Source of the DNA: an uncultured delta proteobacterium | Lineage (GTDB): Bacteria > Desulfobacterota > Syntrophorhabdia > Syntrophorhabdales > WCHB1-27 | Reading direction: 5' to 3' | Assembly: GCA_963810935.1 (NCBI GenBank) | Contig: CAWEPK010000008.1 | Coordinates: forward strand, 512,001-576,000 | DNA: 64,000 bases | Shown: piece by piece, positions 37,865 to 46,255 of the stretch | How positions within the stretch are numbered: the stretch's first letter is position 1 | Layout: every line of letters starts with the position of its first letter | Translations under genes and position numbers: made by a program | The notes under the pieces: generated by a model | What the model was told of the DNA's origin: nothing | Seen by the model: the letters and a program-made list of their open reading frames with translations, nothing else | Databases searched by the model: none

Positions 37865-40143
37865 AGCATGTCACGGTACAGGGCGTAGTACAGGGCGTCG
37901 GCTTCCGCCCCTTCATCTACAGGCTCGCCCGCGAGCACAACCTTTCGGGCTGGGTCGCCAACACGAGCAGCGCAGTAGAGATCGAAATTGAAGGGCGCGG
38001 AGCTGACGTCGAGACGTTCATCTCCCGCATCGCGAGCAATGCACCGCCCAGGGCGCGCATAGAGACGGTGCGTGCTTCCGATTCATCAGCGCCCCGTGGC
38101 CTCAAAGGTTTCGAGATACGCGAGAGCCGCACAGACGCAGGCTATCAGCTCATATCGCCCGATATCGCCACCTGCCCCGACTGCTTGGCCGAATTGCTCG
38201 ACCCAGGCGACAGGCGGTACCGCTATCCCTTCACAAACTGCACCAATTGCGGCCCCCGCTTCACCATCATCACCGACATACCCTACGACAGGCCGAACAC
38301 CACCATGGCGCCCTTTCAGATGTGCGAGCTCTGCAGGCGCGAGTACGACGACCCACTCGACCGCCGGTTCCACGCACAGCCTAACGCCTGCCCGGTCTGC
38401 GGGCCGAAGGTATGGCTCACCGATGCGATGGGCCGGAAGGCGCCTTGCGACGGTGATGACGCCATCCGTGAAGCTGCGCGCCTCCTGCGTGGAGGGGCCG
38501 TAGTTGCAATCAAAGGCCTCGGCGGTTTTCAGCTTGCCTGCGACGCGACCGACGCCGCGGCGGTGACCGCGCTGCGGACAAGAAAGAGAAGGCCCGATAA
38601 GCCCTTTGCCGTCATGTTCCGGGACGTTGAAGAAGCGCACCGCCATTGTGCGGTCACCGATGCCGAATCGCGCCTCCTTTGCGCACCGGAAGCCCCCATC
38701 GTGCTCCTTGCCTGGCGGCCGGAATCGAATATCTGCGCACCCATCGCACCCGGAAACCTGTACCTGGGCGCGATGCTGCCCTGCACGCCGATCCACCACC
38801 TTCTGGTCCGCGACTTCGGCGGCCCCCTCGTAATGACGAGCGGCAACCTCTCGGAAGAGCCTATCGCAAAGGACAACGACGAGGCGCTGCGCCGCCTCGG
38901 AGGGCTGACCGATTATTTTCTGTTCCACAACAGGGACATACATTCGCGATACGACGACAGCGTCTGCCTGGCAAACCGTGAAACGCCCGAATCGATCAGG
39001 CGGGCGCGCAGCTATGCCCCCTACCCTGTCAAGCTTCCTTTCGCAACAAGGCCCATCCTTGCAGTCGGCGCGCAGGAGAAAAATACCTTCTGCCTGACAA
39101 GGGACGAGTTCGCCTTCGTCAGCCAGCATATAGGCGACTTGGAAAACGTGGAAACTCTCGACCACTTCACCGAGACCGTCGAGCTATACAAGAGGCTCTT
39201 TCGCATCGAGCCTGAGGTGCTTGCCTGCGACCTGCACCCCAACTACCTTTCGACCCGTTACGCGCGCGCACTCGTTGGCGCATTGCCGCTCTTCGGCGTC
39301 CAGCACCACCATGCGCACATCGCCTCCTGCATGGCGGAGCACGGACTCGTTGGCCCGGTCATCGGCGTCGCATTCGACGGCTCCGGCTTCGGCACAGACG
39401 GCACTGTCTGGGGCGGCGAATTCCTCATCGCCCGATACGACGGCTTCGAGCGGGCCGCATGCTTAGAACCCATGCCGCTGCCGGGTGGAGAGGTCTCGAT
39501 AAGAAGGCCCTATCGCCTCGCCTTCGCCTACCTGCACGCCCTCGGCCTGGACACGGCCGGTCTGCCCACGATTGAGGCCATAGCAGAAGAAGAGCGGGCG
39601 ATCATTACTACGCAAATCGTCCGGCACGTCAACACGCCGCTGACATCCTCCGCAGGCCGCCTGTTCGATGCTGCATCGGCCCTCCTGAACGTGGTGCGGA
39701 CCGTCAGCTTTGAGGGACAGGCAGCCATCGGCCTTGAAATGGCAGCCACGGGCGCAGCCGCCGGGCCCGGCACGCCTTACCCCTTCTCCATCGAGGAAAC
39801 GGAAGGCCCTTCCCTCGTAAGGCTGGCCGACCTTTTCGCCGGCATATGCAATGATGCCCGTTCAGGCGTCCATGTCCCGGAGATTGCCTTCCGCTTCCAC
39901 CTCACGGTGGCCCGCATGATAAGCGAGGCAGCAGCCGGCATCGCGTCGAGGACAGGCATCAAGACCGTCGTGCTCTCCGGCGGCTGCTTCCAGAACAGAC
40001 TCCTTACGGACCTTGCCGCGGACCTCCTGAAAGATGCAGGCCTCAATTGCCTCACCCACAGGCAAGTCCCCTGCAACGACGGCGCCATCAGCCTGGGCCA
40101 GGCAGCAATCGCCCACGCGAGGATGGTTATCAACAACCGCTAA
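37831..40143 (+). CDS. hypF: Carbamoyltransferase HypF
   Basis: GVVQGVGFRPF acylphosphatase domain, zinc fingers, KGLGGF, QHHHAH and PCNDGAISLGQ; probable TTG start after AAGGAGG. Confidence 0.96.
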   Translation: MDRLAEKDPVLKHVTVQGVVQGVGFRPFIYRLAREHNLSGWVANTSSAVEIEIEGRGADVETFISRIASNAPPRARIETVRASDSSAPRGLKGFEIRESRTDAGYQLISPDIATCPDCLAELLDPGDRRYRYPFTNCTNCGPRFTIITDIPYDRPNTTMAPFQMCELCRREYDDPLDRRFHAQPNACPVCGPKVWLTDAMGRKAPCDGDDAIREAARLLRGGAVVAIKGLGGFQLACDATDAAAVTALRTRKRRPDKPFAVMFRDVEEAHRHCAVTDAESRLLCAPEAPIVLLAWRPESNICAPIAPGNLYLGAMLPCTPIHHLLVRDFGGPLVMTSGNLSEEPIAKDNDEALRRLGGLTDYFLFHNRDIHSRYDDSVCLANRETPESIRRARSYAPYPVKLPFATRPILAVGAQEKNTFCLTRDEFAFVSQHIGDLENVETLDHFTETVELYKRLFRIEPEVLACDLHPNYLSTRYARALVGALPLFGVQHHHAHIASCMAEHGLVGPVIGVAFDGSGFGTDGTVWGGEFLIARYDGFERAACLEPMPLPGGEVSIRRPYRLAFAYLHALGLDTAGLPTIEAIAEEERAIITTQIVRHVNTPLTSSAGRLFDAASALLNVVRTVSFEGQAAIGLEMAATGAAAGPGTPYPFSIEETEGPSLVRLADLFAGICNDARSGVHVPEIAFRFHLTVARMISEAAAGIASRTGIKTVVLSGGCFQNRLLTDLAADLLKDAGLNCLTHRQVPCNDGAISLGQAAIAHARMVINNR

Positions 40144-40171
40144 TATCCTCGGCCGTATCCATCCTCGGATC

Positions 40172-40200
40172 TTGTATGGTCCCCCGATCTGTCGTATACT
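40172..40200 (+). promoter_or_regulatory. Internal sigma70-like promoter ahead of hypC
   Basis: TTGTAT-N17-TATACT ending 8 nt before the hypC ATG; no SD sequence. Confidence 0.45.
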
Positions 40201-40208
40201 AAATTTCC

Positions 40209-40436
40209 ATGTGTCTAGCGGTACCTGCTCTCATCACCAGGATCGACGGCGCCATGGCCGATGCCGAGCTTGCCGGCAACATGACCCGCGTCAACGTACT
40301 CTTCACCCCTGAAGTCAAAGTGGGTGACTACGTCATCATGCACGCCGGGTACGCGATAAGCGTAATGGACAGCGCCGAGGCGGAGGAGACGTTCCGGCTG
40401 CTTGAAGAGATGGCGGGCTTCGATGCTGACGGGTAA
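40209..40436 (+). CDS. hypC: Hydrogenase assembly chaperone HypC
   Basis: MCLAVP and GDYVIMHAGYA. Confidence 0.96.
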   Translation: MCLAVPALITRIDGAMADAELAGNMTRVNVLFTPEVKVGDYVIMHAGYAISVMDSAEAEETFRLLEEMAGFDADG

Positions 40437-41502
40437 TACCTTCCGCGATCCGGCGGTCGTAGAGAAGCTGAAAGACCGCATCCGGGCCGCGTCGCAGAAA
40501 TCCATCAAGGTGATGGAGTTCTGCGGCACCCACACCCACGCCATACACCGGTACGGCATCAGGCAGATGCTGCCGCCCACCGTAGAGATGTTTTCCGGCC
40601 CCGGCTGCCCCGTCTGCGTCACGGACAATACCGATATAGACCACGCCATCGCCCTTTCGAAGCTCCCCGGAGTCATCGTAGCCACATTCGGCGACCTTCT
40701 GAAAGTGCCCGGCAGCGCAGGCAGCCTCCTAACGAGCAAAGCGGAAGGGGCGGCGGTTATGATGGTCTATTCGCCGCTCGACGCCCTCGTCCTTGCAGCC
40801 GACAACCCGGCCTGCCGCGTCGTCTTCCTCGGCATCGGGTTTGAGACAACGGCCCCGGCCGTCGCGGCCTCCATCGCCGAGGCAAGCGAGAGGGGGCTAT
40901 CCAACTATTCCGTTCTATCAATGCACAAAGTGACGCCACCCGCAATGAGGGCGATCCTCGACGCGAAGGAGATAGCCCTCGACGCGATCCTTTGCCCCGG
41001 CCACGTCAGCACGGTGACCGGAGCAGACGCCTGGCGGTTCGTGTCTGAAGATTACCACATACCTGCCGTAGTGGCCGGCTTCGAGCCGGTGGACATCATG
41101 CTGGCCGTCTCTCAGATCGTGCACCAGTGCGAATCAGGCAACGCCCGTGTGACCAACGCCTACCCGCGCAGCGTGACCGATTCAGGCAACGGGCCGGCCC
41201 GCGAGATGATGGACAAGGTTTTCGAGACTGCTCCCGCAAGATGGCGGGGCCTCGGCGAGATCCCGGCAAGCGGGCTTTCCGTGCGCGCAGCTTATGCAGC
41301 CCACGACGCGCGCCGCCTCTTCGACGTGGAAGTCCCGGAAAGCCGGGCACCCGTTGGGTGCAGTTGCGGCGAAATCATCAGGGGCATCATGCGGCCCGAC
41401 GCATGCCCGCTTTTCAGGACCGTCTGCACGCCGTCCCACCCTGTCGGGCCATGCATGGTCTCGTCAGAAGGGAGTTGCTCCGCCTACTACCTCTATGGAT
41501 AA
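40423..41502 (+). CDS. hypD: Hydrogenase formation protein HypD
   Basis: MEFCGTHT, GPGCPVC, GFETT, PGHVS and GPCMVSSEGSC. Confidence 0.96.
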   Translation: MLTGNTFRDPAVVEKLKDRIRAASQKSIKVMEFCGTHTHAIHRYGIRQMLPPTVEMFSGPGCPVCVTDNTDIDHAIALSKLPGVIVATFGDLLKVPGSAGSLLTSKAEGAAVMMVYSPLDALVLAADNPACRVVFLGIGFETTAPAVAASIAEASERGLSNYSVLSMHKVTPPAMRAILDAKEIALDAILCPGHVSTVTGADAWRFVSEDYHIPAVVAGFEPVDIMLAVSQIVHQCESGNARVTNAYPRSVTDSGNGPAREMMDKVFETAPARWRGLGEIPASGLSVRAAYAAHDARRLFDVEVPESRAPVGCSCGEIIRGIMRPDACPLFRTVCTPSHPVGPCMVSSEGSCSAYYLYG

Positions 41503-42520
41503 AGAAATGGATGAAAAGCTGATATTACTCGGTCACGGCAGCGGAGGAGGCTTGAGCCACGATCTTATCGACGGACTTTTCGTCCGCCACTTCGGCAACC
41601 CCATCCTTCTTCCCCTGGAAGACGCATCGGTCTTCGACCTGCCTCCCGGCAAGACGGCCTTCACGACGGACAGCTACGTAGTCAAGCCCATCTTTTTCCC
41701 TGGCGGGGACATCGGCCGGCTGGCCGTCTGCGGCACTGTTAACGATCTCTCCATGCGCGGGGCCAGGCCGCTCTACTTGAGCACGGGCTTCATAATCGAG
41801 GAAGGCTTCAGCCGCGCCGATCTTGAGCGGATCGTCATCTCCATGAGCGAGGCGGCGCGAGAAGCGGGGGTCTCCATCGTCTGTGGAGATACGAAGGTCG
41901 TAGAGAGGCGGGCAGCCGACGGCGTCTTCATCAATACTGCGGGCGTCGGCCTGATACCCGCAGGCGTGAGCATCTCCGTGCAAAACGCCAGGCCGGGCGA
42001 TGTCGTAATCGTGAGCGGCACGATCGGCGACCACGGCGTCACTGTCCTTTCACAGAGGCAGGGTCTCCATTTCACGACCCCTGTCAAAAGCGACGTAGCC
42101 CCGCTGAACGGTCTTGCGCAGGCCATGCTCGAAGTCGCCCCGGCGGCCGTGCATGCCATGAGAGACCCTACAAGGGGCGGCATAGCGACTACGCTGAAAG
42201 AGATTGCCTCCGGCTCCTCGGTCGGGATAGAGATAGTAGAGGACAGCATCCCCGTGTCGGAGGCGGTCGGCGCAGCATGCGAGATGCTGGGCCTCGATTA
42301 CCTGTACTTGGCGAACGAGGGGAAGCTCGTCGCCGTCGTAGCCGAAGACCGGGCAGACCACATCCTATCGGCGATGAAAGCCAATATTTACGGCCGCAAC
42401 GCGGCCGTTATCGGACGCGTGACTGCGGACCACCCCGGCATGGTCAGCGTCAAGAATGCATTTGGCGCAAAGCGCATCGTCGAGATGCTCGCAAGCGACC
42501 AATTCCCGCGGATCTGCTGA
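41495..42520 (+). CDS. hypE: Hydrogenase carbamoyl dehydratase HypE
   Basis: HGSGG, TTDSYVV, GTVNDL, GDTKVV, RDPTRGG, ANEG and C-terminal PRIC. Confidence 0.96.
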   Translation: MDKEMDEKLILLGHGSGGGLSHDLIDGLFVRHFGNPILLPLEDASVFDLPPGKTAFTTDSYVVKPIFFPGGDIGRLAVCGTVNDLSMRGARPLYLSTGFIIEEGFSRADLERIVISMSEAAREAGVSIVCGDTKVVERRAADGVFINTAGVGLIPAGVSISVQNARPGDVVIVSGTIGDHGVTVLSQRQGLHFTTPVKSDVAPLNGLAQAMLEVAPAAVHAMRDPTRGGIATTLKEIASGSSVGIEIVEDSIPVSEAVGAACEMLGLDYLYLANEGKLVAVVAEDRADHILSAMKANIYGRNAAVIGRVTADHPGMVSVKNAFGAKRIVEMLASDQFPRIC

Positions 42521-42547
42521 CAGAAGCCTTTGTCGATCATTTTTTGC

Positions 42548-42599
42548 TTGACAACATCGTCTACAACAGATACAATCGTAACACACTGTAATTACAGTG
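42548..42599 (+). promoter_or_regulatory. Near-consensus sigma70 promoter with a 16-bp perfect palindrome (operator) at the start site
   Basis: TTGACA(42548-53)-N17-TACAAT(42571-76); CACTGTAATTACAGTG at 42584-42599. Confidence 0.7.
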
Positions 42600-42809
42600 C
42601 TTGCACGGTTTTTCACCCACAGCATAGCACGACCCCACAAAACTCATATCAAAGGAAATAGAGAAAAAGGTAACCACTGAGGAAGGGCGCGCAAGCTCCA
42701 CCCCGCGCTGCCCGCCTCTCCGAAAGACCGGCCGTGCGGGGAGACGGCCTTGTGACACAGCCGGATACATAAACATTACGGGAACGAAGGTAAAGGCTAG
42801 GAGGCAAAC

Positions 42810-43517
42810 ATGAAGTGGCTGAAGGTCTTTGCGATACCCGCCAGTCTTCTGCTGATATTGCTCGGCATAGCTTTACCTGCGAACGCGGAGCTTTACCTGT
42901 ATATGACCACAAGTCCGACCCTTCCGAGTTCTTATGTCGGCACTGGAAGCGACACCGTGTCCTTTTCGGGACCGATCGGCAACTGGACTACGAATTTCAC
43001 AACCGGCATCAAGCTCACCAGCCAGGGCCCGGCCAACATCGATCTCAATTCCGTTAACCTGACTTCAGTAGGCGCAGGCACTCTCTACATCTATCTGGTG
43101 GGAACCGACCTTTGGGCCTACGAGCAGAAGTGCTTGTTCACGGCCAGCGTGACAACGATGGGCAGCGTCACTTTCGCCGGTTACTATAACGCAAACAATT
43201 CCAGCACCCCGTCCGCCGGGGGATGGACCCAGGCCGTCAGCTTGCCCGCTGTCGGCTCATACGCCTCGAACCCGGCCGGTGTTCCTTCCTCCTTCGCCCA
43301 AGATACAACGTTCCCACAAAACTTGGCGCAGAACACCACTTACTCGTTCATGGAAACCGCCGTAATATCTCACACGTCCGGAAATCAGGTAACGAGCTTC
43401 AATGAAGAGGTGTCGGCAGGCACACATATGCCGATACCGGGCGGTGTCTGGCTCCTCGGCGGGGCGCTTATGGGGTTGATAGGCATAAAAAGGCGGATGA
43501 CGGGAAAAAAGGGCTGA
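42810..43517 (+). CDS. Exosortase-target surface protein (VPLPA-CTERM/PEP-CTERM-type sorting signal)
   Basis: Signal peptide ending ANA; Ser/Thr/Gly-rich body; C-terminal MPIPGGVWLLGGALMGLIGIKRR; AGGAGG RBS. Confidence 0.85.
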   Translation: MKWLKVFAIPASLLLILLGIALPANAELYLYMTTSPTLPSSYVGTGSDTVSFSGPIGNWTTNFTTGIKLTSQGPANIDLNSVNLTSVGAGTLYIYLVGTDLWAYEQKCLFTASVTTMGSVTFAGYYNANNSSTPSAGGWTQAVSLPAVGSYASNPAGVPSSFAQDTTFPQNLAQNTTYSFMETAVISHTSGNQVTSFNEEVSAGTHMPIPGGVWLLGGALMGLIGIKRRMTGKKG

Positions 43518-43540
43518 GCCTCCGTCCTTGCCATATAGCA

Positions 43541-43570
43541 AAAAGGGCGAGGCATCTGCCTCGCCCTTTT
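43541..43570. terminator. Bidirectional rho-independent terminator
   Basis: AAAAGGGCGAGGCA-TC-TGCCTCGCCCTTTT between convergent genes. Confidence 0.9.
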
Positions 43571-43588
43571 AATTTCCCTTATCGCGCT

Positions 43589-44914
43589 TTACGTCCCCAT
43601 CTCCCACGAGGAGAGGTACTTCTTTTGTTCCCGGGTCAGCTTGTCTATCAGCACGCCCCTGGTCGCCAGCTTCAGCAGCGCCACCTTCTTGTCTATCTCT
43701 AACGGCACGCCGTAAACCTTCTTCTCAAGCTCTTTTCCCTTCTTCCACACATATTCGGCCACGAGCGACTGGTTGGCGAAGCTCATGTCCATGACCTCCG
43801 AGGGGTGACCCTCGGCTGCGGCGAGGTTGATAAGCCGACCTTCGCCCAAAAGATATATCTTCTTCCCGTTCTTGAGCGCGTATTCGTCAAGGAAGGGCCG
43901 CAGCCGCCTTTTCGATTTCTTCATAGACTCAAGCGCCTCGATATCAACCTCGACGTTGAAGTGGCCCGAGTTGCATAATATCGCCCCGTCCTTCATGCGC
44001 TCGAAATGCTCTTTCCGCAGCACGCGGACATCGCCCGTGACCGTGATGAAAATATCGCCCGTCCTGGCCGCCTGCCCCATCTCCATAACCTCGAAGCCGT
44101 CCATGACCGCTTCCAGGGCGCGCAATGGGTCAACCTCAGTCACTATGACGTGGGCGCCCAGGCCTTTGGCCCGCATCGCCACGCCCCTGCCGCACCAGCC
44201 GTATCCGGCGATGACGAAGCGGGAGCCTGCAACGAGCATGTTGGTGGCGCGGAGAATGCCGTCCATCGTGCTCTGCCCCGTGCCGTACCGGTTGTCGAAC
44301 ATATGCTTGGTGGATGCGTCGTTCACGGCGATAATGGGGAACCTGAGCACCCCTTCCCGCTCCATGCTCTTCAGGCGGATGACGCCCGTGGTAGTCTCCT
44401 CGGAGCTGCCTATCACGGCATCCATCAGCTTCTTTTTGCGGGCCGGCGCAAGGCGCATTACCCAGTCTTTGACTTTCGGGTGGAGCCCATCGTACCGCTT
44501 GAGAGCGATCATGTGCAGCGCCCCGACAAGGTCTGCCCCGTCGTCCATCGTCAGGTTGGGCTCGAATGCGAGCGCCTTCACGATGTGCGCGTAGTAACGG
44601 TTCTCGTCCTCTCCCTTGACTGCGAAGACGGAAACGCCAGTATGCTTCACCATGCTCGCCGCTACGTCGTCCTGAGTGGAAAGCGGGTTGGAAGCGCAAA
44701 CGAGCACCTCGGCGCCCCCGGCTTTGAGCGTTGCGGCCAGGTTGGCCGTCTCTGTAGTTACGTGCAGACAGCAGGAGATGCGCGCGCCTTTCAGGGGACG
44801 CTCTTTCTTGAACCTCTCCCTTATCATCCTGAGCACCGGCATCCGCCGCTCGGCCCATTCGACCTTGTACCGCCCGGCATCAGCGGTTTTGATGTCTTTA
44901 ACGTCGTAATCCAT
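43589..44914 (-). CDS. ahcY: Adenosylhomocysteinase
   Basis: CLHVTTETA, SNPLSTQD, DDGADL, EETTTG, FDNRYGTGQS, GYGWCGRG and GHPSEVMDMSF. Confidence 0.97.
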   Translation of the reverse strand: MDYDVKDIKTADAGRYKVEWAERRMPVLRMIRERFKKERPLKGARISCCLHVTTETANLAATLKAGGAEVLVCASNPLSTQDDVAASMVKHTGVSVFAVKGEDENRYYAHIVKALAFEPNLTMDDGADLVGALHMIALKRYDGLHPKVKDWVMRLAPARKKKLMDAVIGSSEETTTGVIRLKSMEREGVLRFPIIAVNDASTKHMFDNRYGTGQSTMDGILRATNMLVAGSRFVIAGYGWCGRGVAMRAKGLGAHVIVTEVDPLRALEAVMDGFEVMEMGQAARTGDIFITVTGDVRVLRKEHFERMKDGAILCNSGHFNVEVDIEALESMKKSKRRLRPFLDEYALKNGKKIYLLGEGRLINLAAAEGHPSEVMDMSFANQSLVAEYVWKKGKELEKKVYGVPLEIDKKVALLKLATRGVLIDKLTREQKKYLSSWEMGT

Positions 44915-44939
44915 TTATCCTCCAGTCGATCATGTAGTT

Positions 44940-45028
44940 GTGAGGGGGGAGGCTCCATGCGGCCGGGGCACCCGCCCGACGTAAGGAGGGAAGGGTCGCC
45001 TGGAGGGGGCGCTGAACAGCCCCCTCAC
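44940..45028. repeat. 89-bp nested inverted-repeat element (REP/MITE-like or structured RNA) between metK and ahcY
   Basis: Terminal inverted repeats GTGAGGGGG/CCCCCTCAC; inner stems CTCCA/TGGAG and GCGGCC/GGTCGC. Confidence 0.55.
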
Positions 45029-45062
45029 GTCGTATTCCGTTTCGCCCCCGGTTAGCCTAAGG

Positions 45063-46226
45063 TCACGCACCGGCCTGTTTCTTGATCGCTTCCACCATGT
45101 CGAGCTTCTCCCAGGTGAAATCGGGATCGTTCCTGCCGAAGTGGCCGCAGCAGGCCGTTTTCTTAAATATGGGCCGCAGTAAGTCGAGCCTCTCGATGAT
45201 CTTCCTCGGCCTCAAGTCAAAGATCTCCGTGATTATCTTGGCGATGCGGTCTGGGCTTATCTTGGCGGTCCCCTGCGAATCGACGTTGACCGAGACGGGC
45301 TCCGCAACCCCGATAGTGTAAGCAAGCTGCACTTCCAGGCGGTCGGCAAGGCCGGCGGCAACTACGTTCTTGGCTATGTAACGCGCCATGTACGATGCGC
45401 TCCTGTCCACCTTCGACGGGTCCTTGCCGGAGAAGGCGCCGCCGCCGTGACTGCCCACGCCGCCGTACGTATCTACGATGATCTTCCGGCCCGTCACACC
45501 GCAGTCACCCTTCGGACCGCCGACGACGAACCTTCCGGTGGAATTGACGTATATCTTTGTGTTCTTGTCCATAAGCTCGGCAGGCACCACCTTATTGATG
45601 ACCTCGGCGATCACGCCATCGCGCACCATGGCCTGCGTCACGTCGGGGTTATGCTGCGCGGCGATGACCACTGAGTCGACCCGCACCGGCGCCCTGTCCA
45701 CGTACTCTATGGTCACCTGGCTCTTTCCGTCGGGCCGGAGGAACGAAAGCGAGCCGTCCTTCCTTGCCTCTGCAAGCCTCTGGACGAGCCTATGGGCATA
45801 CATGATGGTCATCGGCATATATTCCGACGTTTCATTGCAGGCAAAGCCGAACATCAGCCCTTGGTCGCCCGCACCCTGCTCGTGTTCTCCCGTCTCGTTG
45901 ACCCCCATGGCGATGTCGGGCGACTGCTCGTCTATCGCCGTCAGGACGGAGCAGGTCTCCCAGTCGAACCCCATGGCCGAGTTGTTATAACCGATGCCCT
46001 TGATCGTCTCCCTGACGATATCGGGGATATGAACATAAGTGCTTGTCGTGATTTCGCCACCCACAAAGGCAAGACCCGTAGTGACAAGCGTCTCGCAGGC
46101 GACCCTCGCCCTCTTGTCCTTGGCAATGATTGCGTCCAGCACGGCATCGGAGATCTGATCCGCGACCTTATCCGGGTGCCCCTCGGCAACCGATTCTGAA
46201 GTGAAAAGAAATCTGGACATGCTCAT
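45063..46226 (-). CDS. metK: S-adenosylmethionine synthetase
   Basis: [38 protein letters not shown] and GGGAFSGKD. Confidence 0.98.
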   Translation of the reverse strand: MSMSRFLFTSESVAEGHPDKVADQISDAVLDAIIAKDKRARVACETLVTTGLAFVGGEITTSTYVHIPDIVRETIKGIGYNNSAMGFDWETCSVLTAIDEQSPDIAMGVNETGEHEQGAGDQGLMFGFACNETSEYMPMTIMYAHRLVQRLAEARKDGSLSFLRPDGKSQVTIEYVDRAPVRVDSVVIAAQHNPDVTQAMVRDGVIAEVINKVVPAELMDKNTKIYVNSTGRFVVGGPKGDCGVTGRKIIVDTYGGVGSHGGGAFSGKDPSKVDRSASYMARYIAKNVVAAGLADRLEVQLAYTIGVAEPVSVNVDSQGTAKISPDRIAKIITEIFDLRPRKIIERLDLLRPIFKKTACCGHFGRNDPDFTWEKLDMVEAIKKQAGA

Positions 46227-46255
46227 ATGGGACTACCTCCTAGTAAATTGTGTGT

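Noticed and set aside
42660..42770. c-di-GMP-I (GEMM) riboswitch
   Set aside because: Only scattered similarity (CGAAAG, CAGCCGG); I could not build the P1/P2 architecture, so it is reported only as an unknown structured leader.
45001..45020. Canonical SAH riboswitch (GAGGGGGCGCTG resembles GAGGAGCGCTGC)
   Set aside because: The resemblance is on the strand opposite to ahcY transcription and the other conserved elements are not evident.
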